Shown here: positions 24,093-37,439 of the stretch, piece by piece
Layout of the letters: the number at the start of each line of letters is the position of its first letter
Position numbering within the stretch: the stretch's first letter is position 1
NCBI RefSeq assembly: GCF_009834535.1
Contig: NC_045699.1
Span: 59,024,001-59,088,000 of the forward strand
Origin: Camelus ferus
Lineage: Eukaryota
DNA: 64,000 bases
Direction: 5' to 3'
Program-made: the position numbers and the translations under genes
Notes under the pieces: model-generated
Seen by the model: only the letters and a program-made list of their open reading frames with translations
What the model was told of the DNA's origin: nothing
Databases searched by the model: none

Positions 24093-24280
24093 CTGTGGGT
24101 CTCAAACTCAGTTGCACCTTATGAAAACTTGGGAGCATTTTGAAACCACCTCCGGCTTACTTGCAACCTCTCCCCCTTCCAGTTACTGATTTAAGTGGTA
24201 AAGGAAAATAAGGCCTGACCACTAGGACTTTAAAATCTCACTAGATAATTCTAATATGTTGCCACGTTTAAGAACCACTG
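24093..24280. mobile_element. MER5A-family hAT MITE
   Basis: CTGTGGGTCTCAAACT...TTTAAGAACCACTG termini. Confidence 0.75.
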
Positions 24281-24289
24281 CACTAAATC

Positions 24290-24442
24290 CAGCTCTGAAA
24301 GCCTGGCTCCCGACCAGCAGTGTCCATTGGACCTGGGAACTTAGAAAGACCAGGTTCTTAGGCTCCAGCCAAGAAGGCTGAGAAGCTCGGAGCACAGGGC
24401 CTCTCCAGATGACTCTGATGCTGGTAGAGTTTATAGTCACTG
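24290..24442. mobile_element. Second adjacent MER5A-family MITE
   Basis: CCGACCAGCAG..ACCTGGGAACTT..CTCCAGATGACTCTGATGC..AGTCACTG. Confidence 0.7.
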
Positions 24443-24973
24443 CTCTAAATGATCTCGAAGGCCCAGGAATCCTCAAGGTCTCCACTCATACAGCTACTGC
24501 TTCAATTTGCAAATATGTACTGAGGACGATCTATGTGCCAGAGTCTGTGCTGGGAGCTGGAGATTCAGGGACAGCTCAGACCTCGTCCCTTTCCTGTTGA
24601 CACTCACACTTGAGCAGACCTTCACCACTTGGTAAAAATGCCACATCCTATGCCAGTTTGCCTCCCAAACCACCGCTATTCAGGGCCGCCCTATGTACCA
24701 TTTGTTCTCTCAGCCCAACAAATGTTTCTTTGGTCCCCACTGTGATGCAGGCACAAGGGCGAGACTGAGGACTTCACTGACCTTCCTCTTTGTCTTTCTT
24801 GAGTCCCAAGGAATTTATTGGAGACCTGGGCTGGGCCGGGCTCCACTTCCTGACTTGAAAGTTCTCTGAGAGGAAAAAAAAAACAAAAAAACAACATCAT
24901 TCCAAGTCAACCTACCACTTCAACTCCTTTATCTCTTGGTAATTCAAGTTCTAAACTCCAACACAAATACCTC

Positions 24974-24975
<2 letters not shown>

Positions 24976-25017
<42 letters not shown>
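24976..25017 (+). repeat. (TG)21 perfect microsatellite
   Basis: Counted directly. Confidence 0.97.
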
Positions 25018-25020
<3 letters not shown>

Positions 25021-27239
25021 TTTACGGCTTTCACATTTTTTCCATATCAAATAAATTGGCTCTTAGACAAGTTCTATATAAAGCCTGTTTTGGAGAAAAA
25101 GAGGCGAGAGGGGAAAAAAATGCTTTCTTTTTCTTCCCTGACTCAACCCATTACATGATTCCCTTTGACCTTTGTCTTCATTTTTTTCTCTCAACGAAAA
25201 TATTTATTCTTTCTGTTATCTATACTGGAGATAGTTTCCCAAGGTATGACATTGATGAAGGGAGAGGCTCCCGTGCTTACCCAGTGGGCGCTTCTCATAG
25301 ACCGATTGCTTTTGGCCGGTGCAAGGGAGAAATGTGGACCGTCTCCCGTAAGTGGAAGCCTCTCTGTGGAATGAAGACTGACACTGGCAGAGGGAAAGGG
25401 GGCCAGGGCAGACTCGGCTGCTAACTCACATGGGACATGGAGACCCACTGCATCACGGGACTTTATTTTTCCTGTCTGTAGCATGAGGGAACAACATATT
25501 AAGCTTTTCTCTGTGGATAGGAGTTGTTCTTGGGGGGCAGGTGACTCCTTCCCTTTTTTGGTAGTAAAAGGGGCTTAGCACAGATTGTTTATCTCCAAAT
25601 CAGTACCTACCACGGACCTCACTGGTTTTGGTTGCCCTAGTGAAAGGTGTAGTGGGTGTACAATAATAATAACAGCAGCAATAACAACCATTTACTGAAT
25701 ATTGACTCTGCTTTAAGCACCTTTCAGTTGTATATGAGGCAGGTGAAGCTCAGAGGAGTGACTTATCCGACCTAATACAGCTGGTAATGGCAGAGCCAGG
25801 TTTAAAACCCAGGTCGAATTCCAAATTCCACCTTCTCAACCACAACACCACGCCGCCTCCTGCTGTCACCATGCTAAGGCAGAGTTGTAGAGCTCAGGCA
25901 TGCATCTGCACTGACTGAAGTTCAAGACACAGAAGTTAGAAGACGGGATTAGCACGCACGGGCCACCAGCCCCACAGTCAGTTCCTGAGACCCAGTCTGG
26001 AGTCCAGCAACACAAGACACACAGCCAGGTCTTTTTGTGTCTGGCTGGGAAGAAGGAGCACAGATACTTCTGGTTCTCAACGTGACTGCCAAGTGCTCCT
26101 GCACCGGGTACCACATTCCTTGGGTCCTTTGGAATCTCCAGATTTCCCTAAGAAGTAAAGACTCTGGAGAAAACTAAGCCTTTTTTTTTTTTTTTTTTTT
26201 TTGGCTTAGAGGAAGTGAGGTATAAAGCAAAGCAGAAACAGTGAATAGCAGCTCACTTTAATTATTCATCTGCTCATCCATCCATCGTTGGTTCATTCAG
26301 CAGATATCTGCTGGGTGTCTGTTACATCCCATGCACCGTGTTAGGAAATGGTGATACAGGGGTGTCCGTCCACCCACATGGTGTGCACACTCTTTAGGAG
26401 GAGAGAGAGTTAGGCAGGCATTAGCACTGTGGTATAGTAATGCCCTGATGGAGGAAACAGAATGTCAGTAGCTTCTAACCCAAACTTGGAAGACTTGAGG
26501 TGTAACTGAGGAATATCAACTCCCTGAGGACTAGATTTTTTTTGTTTCCTTATCTGCTGATGCAGTCCAAGTGCCTAGAACAATTCCTGGCACAAAGTAA
26601 GCGCTCAGTAAATATTTTTAATGGCTCTTGAATAAAGAATGGGAAGACAGATGGAGAAACTATCATTTACTAAGTACCCTCTATGTGTCAAGCACCTACT
26701 AGGTGCTTTACTTAAGTAATCTCATTTGACTTCAGCTCCGCAAGATAGGTGGTCCTGTCCCCAAATTACAGTTAAGAACCCGAAACTCAGGGTTTATACA
26801 GCTGTTAGGCTATGTAACCACAGCTGAGGTTTGCGCAGAGATCCGTCAACTCCACAGCTAGTTCTCTTATTCATTCTCTAGTTGGACAAATTATGTTGGT
26901 GTTTCCTACTTTGTTTGTGCCTCTCCGTTCCTAGGATCACTGATTTGGAACTAGAAATATTCTTAGAAATCGTCTCCCCCAACCAGCTTATTTGTGTACC
27001 CCAACTAATTATTGATTCTTCTTTCACATTCAGACCTGTTAAGCTGCCAACACAATCTCTTTTCCTTCATCTCCTTGGTATTCTCAATATGAGTCCTAGG
27101 GTAAATAAATAAACATAAGGAAAGGATATAGTCTTATGATCTGGGTGGAAATTCTCCTGAATATCAGTCCATATTTTACAAATCAAATCCCAGATCTCTT
27201 CCTCTGAATTCCACAGATTCAGAATGACCATCCATCAGT

Positions 27240-27500
27240 TCAAAAACTTTAGTTCATTCATCAGTTCATTTGCTCAGCAAATGTATGTTGATTCCCACCG
27301 TGAACCCAAGTACTTTCAAGGCACTAGGGATACAGTAGTGAACAGAGCAGAGAAGATTCTCACTCTCATTGATCCCTGTGATGTAGTTGGGAGAAACACA
27401 CCAGAAAACACTACATAAAATCCCGGTTGGGTAGGATTTAGTGATTTTAGATAGGTGGTCAGGGAAGGCCTCTGTGAAGTGACATATGAACAGAGACCGG
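27240..27500 (-). mobile_element. L2 3-prime end, antisense
   Basis: TCATTCATC..CAGCAAATGTATGTTGA..GGCACTAGGGATACAGTAGTGAACAG..GGTGGTCAGGGAAGGCCTCT. Confidence 0.8.
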
Positions 27501-28074
27501 AGTGTCTCCTACTCACTCATTATAAAGGCTGGGTGATTTGCTGTCATTGAGATCCTGGCCTATTTGGAACATCGATGTCTTATTACATGATCGTTGGTCC
27601 TTGATCACTGTTTGGCTTGTCTTATATTTAACTGTGCTTGTGTGTTTTTTCTCTCTTACCTGCTTTAGATTCTCAAGTACAAACTTTAGCACACTCATTT
27701 GTAGCAGAATCAGGCGTCTATGCATGCTTTTTGGATAAATGAGCGAAGAATGAGTCAGCAGTAGCACAAAGTGGAGCCTCTCAGGAGAGGGGTCTCTTCT
27801 AGCACTGACACGTGGCGCCGCATTAAGCCCCAGGGGACTGGAAAAGGTTAGGCCAAATCAGGGTCACCTGAAGCGCAGGTGGCTCTCTCCCGCTGTTTCT
27901 ATAGCTCTCAAGCTGAGTTTCCACCTCATTTTTTTTTCTCAGCCCCTTTATTTTTCCACGGTCTTTCTGTATGTCACCCAGTCATGCATTCTTTGTTCTA
28001 GAATGTGTCTACTTTTTCATTTGTTCATCAACTGAAAGGTGAAAGTCTGGTTTAATCATATGCAGTAATACTTC

Positions 28075-28350
28075 TTTCATTTGACGGATATTTGCCAAGG
28101 GTCTGTTCTGTGTCATGCACTGTGATGGAACTAGGAATAGAGCCCTGATTCCCTGGCCTCTTGGGCACACAGTTTAATGGGGAAACCAGCAAAGGAAACA
28201 GGTGATTATATGGCAGCATGAGAAACGTATGGTGTGACTCGCATAAGAAGGGTATAGAAAATATAAGAAAGATAGCTAACCTGGCTTGGGAAGGTTTCTT
28301 GGAAGAAGTTACGTCTAGGCTGAGACCTGAAGGGTGAATAATAGTTGATC
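28075..28350 (-). mobile_element. L2 3-prime end, antisense
   Basis: GGAAGGTTTCTTGGAAGAAGTTACGTCTAGGCTGAGACCTGAAGG. Confidence 0.7.
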
Positions 28351-28414
28351 ACTGAAGAAATTTGCTATAGGATGGATGGTTGAAACCAAGTGGATGCTTG
28401 ACAAAAATTGATAA

Positions 28415-28452
28415 GTGAATGAATGCATAAATGAATGAATGAATGAATGAAC
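28415..28452 (+). repeat. (TGAA)n simple repeat
   Basis: GAATGAATGCATAAATGAATGAATGAATGAATGAACGAAC. Confidence 0.85.
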
Positions 28453-28544
28453 GAACCAATATGCTGTATATACATCATGGCAGAAGTGTATGTTCAATCT
28501 CAGATCAGCTTGGAGGGGGAAAGGTAGTAATATGGGCTGTCTAT

Positions 28545-29025
28545 CCTCTTTGGTCCTTAAATCTGCTCCATCCCTTTTAACTGCTGTATAATATTCCACA
28601 GTCAGACTGTGCTGCAGGTTAATTAGCTGGGCATGTAGGTTATTTCATACATTTTTCTATTACAAACAAATGTCCTTGTGGGCATGTGTGAGAATTTCTC
28701 CAGGGTTGATACTGAGGAATGGAATGGCTGGGTTATAAATTACAGGTTTTTTTTTTTTTTTAATTTAAATGGATACAACTTATGGCATTCTGAGAGGGGA
28801 TACTAGCTTACATCCCATCAGCAGCATGTGGAGGACATACTACTGTTCTGCATGGTCACTACCACTCAACAAAGTGGAAGTGCTTTGCCTTTGCTGACTT
28901 AATGGGTAAAACATGACTCCTCATTGGCAGTCTTGTGATTGAACATCTTGAGGGAGCATCTTTTCAAATATTGACTGGCTGTTTCCATTTGTTCTTCCGT
29001 GACTTGTCTATTAATATCTTTGAGT
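28545..29025 (-). mobile_element. L1ME-class fragment, antisense
   Basis: CTGTATAATATTCCAC, GGAATGGAATGGCTGGGTTA, CCCATCAGCAGCATGTG, GAGCATCTTTTCAAAT. Confidence 0.7.
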
Positions 29026-30574
29026 TATGTCTGGTTGTTAATCTTTTCACACCTCAGTGTTCCCCTCTGCTAAATTGGGATTTTAATGCCAGCCCTCCTG
29101 CATATCCACCCATGTTATTAGAATCTAGAGTGAAACATGTCGTCAAGAGGGAACTCTTAGTAATCACTTATGCATTGATACAGTTCTCAAATGCTAATTT
29201 AGTATGCTCCCTGGTTGGAAACCACACTGCATTCTGAAGATACAGTGGTTAACAAAAACCAACCCCGTTTCTGACCTCAGTGGAGTGTAAATTTAGCCGC
29301 CATCACGTATGCAGGTAGCATCTACTACTACTAGTACTAGCATCACTAGTGCTAATAACTACCATGACTCCTTCACATACGCTTAGTGTTTCTTATAAGC
29401 TTAGTGAGGTGCAGCTATCAGTATGCTTCATTTTAGACAAGCAAGCTCAGACTCACAAAGATAAAGTCATTCATTTAAGGTCGCACAGTTAATAGATACT
29501 GGAGCCAAAAGTTTTATAAGTCTCTTTGCCTGACCCCAAAGGGTATGCCTGGCAGAATTACAGACCATAATCATTGCTATGACAGGAAAAGAGTAAGGTG
29601 GCATCTTGGTGGATGAAGAGAGTAGATATTGAAACTAGCTTTTCTTATTCCCAAGAAGCAATAGAATAAACACACAAAAGAGGAGAGAGCTCTTTTTTTT
29701 TTTTTTTTTTTTTCATTTATTTTTTGGACATTTAAATAGATGAAGAGGAAGAGGCTTGACAAAGTGTGGACATCATGAGACCAGCGTGGTTTCCAGGAAC
29801 CTGTTGCTGGAATGCATGCTCTAGGGTGGACCCCTTTCTGAGCAGGGCCTTCAGCCACACCTGTGCAGAATGGTCTTGCCTGCATCCTGACGTTCTATCC
29901 ACCAGGACGGATGAGCAGCAGCAGGAGTGAGAGCTGTTTCTCCAAATCGAGACCAAATACCTCTGTTCCTAGTCCAGGCTAGCAGAGTACACAGTCAGCA
30001 CAATCTTGCTCTAGTTCTGGAAGTGGGGCATCACCCACCTACAACTCCCTCTCATCCGTCTTAAGCCAAGTACCTCTTAGAATGAAATACGGATTCTGGG
30101 CATATTCTGGGAAGCAAAAGGGTTTAGCAAAATCAACAGATCTCCAGGGTCAGCAGCAGTCTTAAAAGTGCTGACTGCCTCCAAGTACCTTCACCATTTT
30201 GAAAGCTTGGAGGGCCCCTGTTTGGCGCTAGCACCACTGAAATCACTTACCTAAATGACAGTGAAACAGTCTGATGCATCACTGGACCTTTAAGCCAATG
30301 GCCATCATAATGACTCTTCTACAGATATTAAATAAGACTCATAGAAGTTAAGTGATGGACCCACACCTCTGCTGATAAATTCATTCATTCATAACAAGGG
30401 CCTATTGCGTGTTAATGTCCATGCTGGCTCTGTAATTCAAAATCTTACAACTGAATAGAGGGCCGGTCTGAATAACAGCCCAAATTAAAATGTAATTACA
30501 AACCAAAGATCATTATTATAAGAGGTTATAAAAGAGTGTAAGTCCTCCTTCAATTAAGGGGGATGTAAGAAGGC

Positions 30575-30935
30575 AAGACTGGAGATGTAAACAGGGGCCA
30601 GATTATGAAGGGAGTTTGTATTCATTCACCAGGAAGCAGAGGACAAAGCCAATTAGATCTGAGGTTTTTATAAGACTGGTCTTAGTGCTCTGTGAAGAAA
30701 GAATTGAAGAAGAATGAGAAAGTCCATTTAGGGGTTATTGCTAAAGTCCAAACCAGAGGTTATGTTGATTTGCATGGAGAAGTTGGATGAATTGGAGGAA
30801 TGTTTTAAAAGTAGAACCGACAGGACTTGGCGGTGTATCGGAGGCAAGGATTTTAAGAAGGAGCTGTCCAATGACTCCCAGGTTTCTGGTTTGAGTATCT
30901 GGGTTGAGGGAAATGTTATTTCCTGAAATGGAGGA
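30575..30935 (-). mobile_element. L2 fragment, antisense
   Basis: CAGGGGCCAGATTATGAAGG, AGTAGAACCGACAGGACTTGG, AATGACTCCCAGGTTTCTGGTTTGAG. Confidence 0.8.
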
Positions 30936-32574
30936 GTAGATTTTAATTTAGTGTTTTATTACAGGGTGGGGTAGAGCAGGAGCTCCTTTGGAAAACAATG
31001 AGCTAGTGGAGTTAGGTTACAGTGGGCGTCCTGATGTCACCTACTTCTTTGTTCTTTTGCTGTCCTCCCCGTGGGTAGGTAGGGTGGAATGGACTTCGTT
31101 GTCTGGCACCAATTCCTGATTTTTAAGAAAAAAAATTAATGAACAGGAGAGAGAAGGAAAATAACAGCCGTCAGAGTAATTACAGATGTGGGAAGAATGG
31201 AGGAATTTATCTCACACTGGGCATTGGCAAGAGGAGTGGACAAAATCCATTCAGTCTGTGTTCAGAGATGCTGAGAATCCTCAGGACAGGACTTAGTGGG
31301 TTTGTGTTGTGTCTGTTAAACAGGAACCTCAGACATTACTTAGGAGATGCTGAGTTCAGAGTCAGGAGATCTGATTCGCAGGCCAGCGCACAACTGCCTT
31401 GCTATGTGACCCTGACCAGGTTCCTTCAATGCTTTGAGCCTCTGCACCTAATCTTGGAAAAAGTGGGTGATGGTTCCTACCATACGGTCTCACAAGGGGT
31501 GTCCTGAAAAACTAATGAGCTAATGGACTTGCAAGAACATGATGCAATCTGGGGGAACTATAAAAATTTAAATGTTCACAATTCTTCCAATTGTTTGGTT
31601 TTCATTAGGCTTGTTCTTGGCTGGCCCGGAGAGTGTGTGTGAAAGACAAACACAGAGACACGCACAGACACACACATGAAACAGTTTCCCGTCTGACTCT
31701 ACCCAAGTTCAATGTTGGATCAGAATTTAAAAAAAAAAAAAAAGATCATTGCACTTTAATCTCTGTAGCTGAGCTAAAGAAAAAGAGAGGAAACCCATCA
31801 AAGATCTAGCCCTGGAATCAGGAGACATGGCTTCTAGTTCTGATCTCCTGAGGTTTTGCTGTATTCCTGGTTCATGAGTCCCCACTGTAGGTCCACGTCC
31901 CCTTTCTATAAAGTGAAGGCCTGGGCAGAAGACTCTGAAGGTCATTTCCAGCTCTGACATTCTGTTCAGACCCTCTTTGAGCTCCTACCTGCCCCGAGGA
32001 TGTCTAACTCCATAGGGGTGAGAGAGCAGGCTGCATGTCACACTGGCAGGAAGGCTGGACTGTGGGCTTAGAGACTGGCCATCTCTAAAGTCAGCCTTCC
32101 AGGTGCACTGGGGCTCTCAGAGCTCCTCCTTGACCTACTTTCTCTCTCTCTTGTGGCTTACCAAGCTCCCCATTTGGGACAATTTCAGAATGCAAGGGTG
32201 TTTTTTCCCTCTTCAGTGGCATTTTGACTTGACAGTGAGATGCCAGAGATGGGGGCTAGGTAGCATTTGCCACACCGTCTTCAGCTGCTCAGGCAAGGAC
32301 AGGCATGGAGTAGATGGTCAGTAAACGTAGGTCAGAGAGGCGAGAATGAATGAATGAATGAGTAAACAGTTTGGCAGATCAGTAAGTGGTCAGAAATTCA
32401 TGATAATACAGATGGTATCTGGTACATTGGAGGTCTATGGATGAGTCACTAGAAGAGGGAAAGGACCAAGGAAAACCTTGCAGCATGAGCTGAGCTCTCT
32501 CCTCTTGGGGCCTCAGTTTCCCTAAAGGGGAGGGGTTGGGCCAGATGACATTAATCAGTCTTCTGTTCACTTCA

Positions 32575-33420
32575 CAGGCGTTTATTTAGTGCTTTGTAAT
32601 GTGCCCCACCCGTGCTGGGCTGTGGAGACAGATAAAGCAGGTGGCAGGTAAGGAACAGCCCAGCCCTCTGAGAAGGGGACAAAAGTGAGAGAGGTGTTAA
32701 TGACAAGAGAAGCGCAAGGCTAAGAGAGCCTCACTCAGCCTGAAAGGTCAGTGAGAAACTTCCGGGAAGGGCGGCACCTACACCAAGGCCAGGGGGAGGG
32801 GGTCGCTCAGTGGTAGAGCGCAAGCCTCACCTGCATGATGTCCTAGGTTCGATCTCCAGTGCCTCTGTTAAATAAATAAACCCATAAATAAACCTAATTC
32901 CCCCCCACACCAAAAAAGTAAAAATACACTAAGGCCAGACATTTCAGCCAGAGAAAGGTGAGATGGGTTGCTCATGGTGGCTGGGGGTAAAGTTTGAGGA
33001 GAGTTTGAGTGAGGAGGCCAGGAATGGTGCCTCACAGGGTCTGGACTTCAGGTGGGAAGGTGACGAGCCACTGAGTGTCTTTAGGTAGGAGAAAATCCTG
33101 ATGAGATTTGGTTTTAGGACAGCTCTTTGGCTGTGTGCGGCTCTTGGGGTGGATGGAGGGAAGGGGCCCAGATCGTGAACGGTAAGGGAGGCAGGACAGT
33201 GTAGCCGAAACTGAAGTAGAAGGTGGCCCTGGGCTGCAGCAGTCCGGGTGGGAGCCTAGAAAACTGGTTGGGGCTGAGCGGTGCCAGTAGGATGGGTGTG
33301 CCCATGACCGGTCAGAGGGAGGAGGCAAGCGGAAGATGGCATGGAGGATGCCTAGGTTATTGGTGTCCCTGGAACACAGAATATGGAGACAGAAGGATGA
33401 GAGGAGGAGGTCAGATGTGC
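32575..33420 (-). mobile_element. L2 fragment, antisense, interrupted by the camelid SINE
   Basis: TTTATTTAGTGCTTTGTAATGTGCC start; GAGCCACTGAGTGTCTTTAGGTAGGAG..TGATGAGATTTGGTTTTAGGA continues after the SINE. Confidence 0.7.
32793..32924 (+). mobile_element. Camelid tRNA-derived SINE (vic-1-like), full length with target-site duplication
   Basis: A-box TCGCTCAGTGG, B-box GGTTCGATCTCC (32846-32857), tail AAATAAACCTAATTCCCCCCC..AAAA. TSD TACACCAAGGCCAG (32779-32792) vs TACACTAAGGCCAG (32925-32938). Family name from recalled consensus. Confidence 0.88.
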
Positions 33421-34868
33421 CCTCCCATTAAAAGTCTTTGAACTGGTGGCAAGCAAACAGCTACAGTTTACTTTGCGCCGTAACATTTGTTTTCTGTGTG
33501 CAGATTCAGGAGCAATGGAGGTGAGCTTGTGCGTGTGTGTATTCATGAGTGTGTGTGTGTGGTGGGGGTGGGCAGACAGGACCTGTGAGACCACCTGTTT
33601 TCATCATCCGATTCTCAAAGTGTTGTCCAGTGTTCTCAAAGGTCCCCTGGGGGGGTCGTGGGGTTAATCTTCCGTAACGCTAATACCTATAATGTTACAC
33701 GGCATGGGCTTTGTTTCGTACCTAGGATTAATCATTCACTCATGGGCTTTAATACAAGCCAGACACCACCTCACTGCGCCTCACGCAGAGCAGTGCCAGT
33801 CCCCTCTTCCATTTTAATGCTGGCGCTCACATTCTTGTTGCCAGAGTAAGAAGCAGGTTTTTTGTCCCAGCTTCAATACCCTATAAACAGAAATGTTTGA
33901 ACTCTTCTTCCATCCAAGGATGTTAGTTGAAAATGCCAGAAAAGCTGGACTCTGCCGTTAATTTTCTGTATGACTTGGGGTAACTTACTTCCCCTTCTCT
34001 GGGCTCTGATATCCATCCCACGGTGAGAAAATAAGCAAGCGGTATCCGAAGCCTGATTTCTACATTTTTGTTTTCCCTTCTTGAGCTCAACTCCTTGAAT
34101 ACAAACTCAGTCCCCAAGTTTTCAGCAGAGAGAATTCTGAGGTGCTGAGACCCCCTACTGTCTAGGAATTAGACTCGAAAACTCTCAGACCTGGAAGGAA
34201 CACTGAAGCACTGACACTCTACAAATGAGAGAACTGAGCCCAGAGAGGGGAGGCCACGTCCTCACAGCCACACAGCCCTTTGATGGAAGAACAGGGAACT
34301 GAACCTAGGGACCCTGATTCCCAGTCCGGGTGCTCCTTCCCCCGCATCACAGAGTGCTGGAGTTTGGCCAGACCTTGGGATTCCGATTTGAGCTTAGCCC
34401 TCTCTGATCCTGGAGCAGTCTCCGTTGGTTTCTCAGAGTGAAATCAGAGAGCTCTGACATTAGTAACGTCACGGCAGCTGGTGCTGGTGAACGGGGTGGT
34501 ATAGGAAATGAGAGAACGCATTTGGCCAAGCTCCAGGTCCACGTGACCCTCCAAGAGCCCTCATTTCAAAACAAACTCAATCTTTTAAGTTCAAGTTCTC
34601 CCTCTTGTCAGAAACGTGACTTCCTGCTTCTAAGAAGCCAGGCTTACAAAAGGGCTCAGAAGACTTCATGGACATCAAATGGCTCTTACAAAATAGCGTT
34701 TTGATGAGTTAAGTGTAAATGAATCAGAAACATAAGGATTACATTTTCCCCAAGCGCACATGGGTTTCAAAATTCGAGGGGAAATGTAGTTTGCTAACTG
34801 CACGCCGACTTTCACCGAATCCAAAGCATTCTTGGGGAGGGTGGCGGGGTGAGGGGGGAGAAGAAAGA

Positions 34869-35000
34869 NNNNNNNNNNNNNNNNNNNNNNNNNNNNNNNN
34901 NNNNNNNNNNNNNNNNNNNNNNNNNNNNNNNNNNNNNNNNNNNNNNNNNNNNNNNNNNNNNNNNNNNNNNNNNNNNNNNNNNNNNNNNNNNNNNNNNNNN
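34869..35000. other. Assembly gap (132 N)
   Basis: Run of N. Confidence 1.
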
Positions 35001-37439
35001 ACTAGCCCCTGGTCCTCGACAACTGTGTTCAGTTAGTGCCGCTCAATCACCAGCTGTCACTGGGTCCCTCCGCTCCATTCGCTGGCCCCGGCTTGGCCTC
35101 CGTCTTCACACTGTGCTTCCTGCCTTGTTTACCTCCAACTGTATCTGGTGTTTTGGCTCCCAGGGGTCTTGGCGACCGGTCAGCTTGTCACAAGCCCCTG
35201 CTCTGTAATCAAGAGACCTGTCCATCAGCAGCAGGGGTGTTTGGGGAAGCTGTCACACATCGCCTTTGGTTGCATTCAGGAAAAACAAGAGTCCCTTGTA
35301 GTTCTTTTCCTCTCTCCTTTCCTTAATGCTCTCCAGGTGTGGCGTTTCCCCCCAAACTGGTAAATGTCTTCCCTTCAGATCTCGGCCTGACACCGACAGC
35401 CAGTTCACTCTCAGCGCTGCTGTTACCTTATCCCAGGATTTGAAACTCTCTTTTATAATTTTCACGTTGTCCCTCCATTCTTTCTCTTGTATTTTATTTA
35501 ATTGCACCAAGAAAGTAGAAAATCATTTCAATTGGTAGTAAGAGATGATTAAAACAAAATAACAAAGGCCTTGGCTGCAAACTGTTAGTTTTATTAAATT
35601 TGCTACTGTGTTTTAAATTGGTACCAGGGCAAATCTTTGGACAATTATATCAAAGGCTGCTGGAATTAATCAGTTGCATGTATACATTTGCTCCGTCCTG
35701 CGCCTTGTACAGCATGAGGGCAGCATTGTCAGTATGACAGTGTGTTACCTGTGTGAGAGGGGTGGACCCTAGTCCCATTGGGAGGGGTACACGTGCCCAG
35801 TGGATTCTCAGATCCCTGCCATCTCACTTTTCATTTGTTTAATCTGGACCACGGGTTGGAGCTCACTGTGGTCACCAGGAGAAACAGTGGACGGATATTA
35901 TAAGACAAAAGTCCATTTCTCAAACAAAGATTCTTTTCTTGGCAACAGAGTCTCAGCATTCTGAGATGCTGAGATGCACAGCTTTGTTTTAATGAAAGGG
36001 CACGTGAGTGGAAAGGGTTGCAGTCTACTGAGAACCAATCCGCTAGTAGGGTAGGTGGCAGTGGAGGGAGCTCAGGCTGTATAAAGATGTGGATGCTGGT
36101 TCAGTATCTCAATTCCTGTTAACACATCTAAGTTCTGGCATCTACAGATGGAGGTGGGGACTTGGGGAATCATTGCATCCAGGCCCCTGCTTTTACAGCA
36201 GTGCCTTTCCACCACTCAGTGACTCGAGCCCCCAGTATCTTGCCTTAGAATCTTCCGTCGTCTCCTGCACACTCTCAACTGAGCATTCTAGTAAAACTTA
36301 AGCACTTTCTTTGGCTTACCCTGAAGGCCAGTCTAAATGTACCGTTCTTTATCTCAAAAGGTTTATCTGCCTCCTGTTCTGTGCTATTCCTACTGCTCAG
36401 AATACCATACTTGTTATTTATGTCTTTTGACATTTTGCCCATGTGCATTGTCACAGACTATTAGTTCCTACAGCAGATATCATTGAAAACATATTCTGTG
36501 CCGTTCTTTGTACTAGGTGCAGAGATGTGGCAATGAAAGGCGAATCTTTTCTCTGTCCTTGAAGCACTGAACATATACCAAGGAAAAAACGCATTCAACA
36601 TCTGATTGCAACAAGGCGCGCTGAGTTTTATTATAAAGTATGGGGTGATATGGACACCTTTAGAAGGAATCAACATAGTCCAGGTGTCAGGAGTCTCCTA
36701 AGCCTTTCTTATCCTTCCAACCACTGTTGGATCCTCCTCCCTCTTGGTGGTGTTTGAATTCTACCTTGTGTTGCAATCATACTGGACTTGACTTATCCTC
36801 CCTTTTGCCCTTTGCACTAATTAAGACCATGATGGCATCTTCTTCATCTTTGGAAACTCCATACATGCTTTTGATTTGCCTTGCACAAGGAAAGCGAGGC
36901 CCAGAGAGGAGAACTAACTCATCCAAAGTCACAACAAAGTTAGTGGAAGAGCCATAGTCATTTCTGCTGACATGGTCCAGGTGATGTCTATAGTGATGTC
37001 AAACTGCTTTCCAGTGTATCCCTTCCCAAGGGCAGATGATACTGTCTGCTTCAAATACATTAACCACCACCCTCTCCCAATGAAAAGTAAGACCAAGGTA
37101 CCTCTCAGCCTAGAGCAAAAGTAGAGTCCTCTTAAGAATTCAGGATGATAACCCAAACAAAATTGGAATTGAGGAGCATATTGTTCTCACATGTAGGAAA
37201 ATGCTGAGTGTACATAACCTTAATGTATGAATGTCAAGAGATAAATCCTTTGGGGAAGACTCTTCACAGCTTCAGTCATTCAGTGAGAAAGGCTATTCTG
37301 TTGTAAGTTTTAGTTCTCCTTAATCAAAATAGAATATGATGACATCTAGCGTAGTGCCAGAACTTGGTAGGTACTCAGTTTTATTCCTGAACCATCCATC
37401 CCATGAGGAATATTTGGTCTCTCTATCATCAGGTACTCA

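Noticed and set aside
32793-32870. tRNA-like sequence with A and B boxes
   Set aside because: It is the head of a SINE with tail and TSD, not a tRNA gene.
34741-34786. Imperfect inverted repeat ACATTTTCCCC / GGGGAAATGT
   Set aside because: A 10-bp stem with a bulge and a long loop is within chance expectation.
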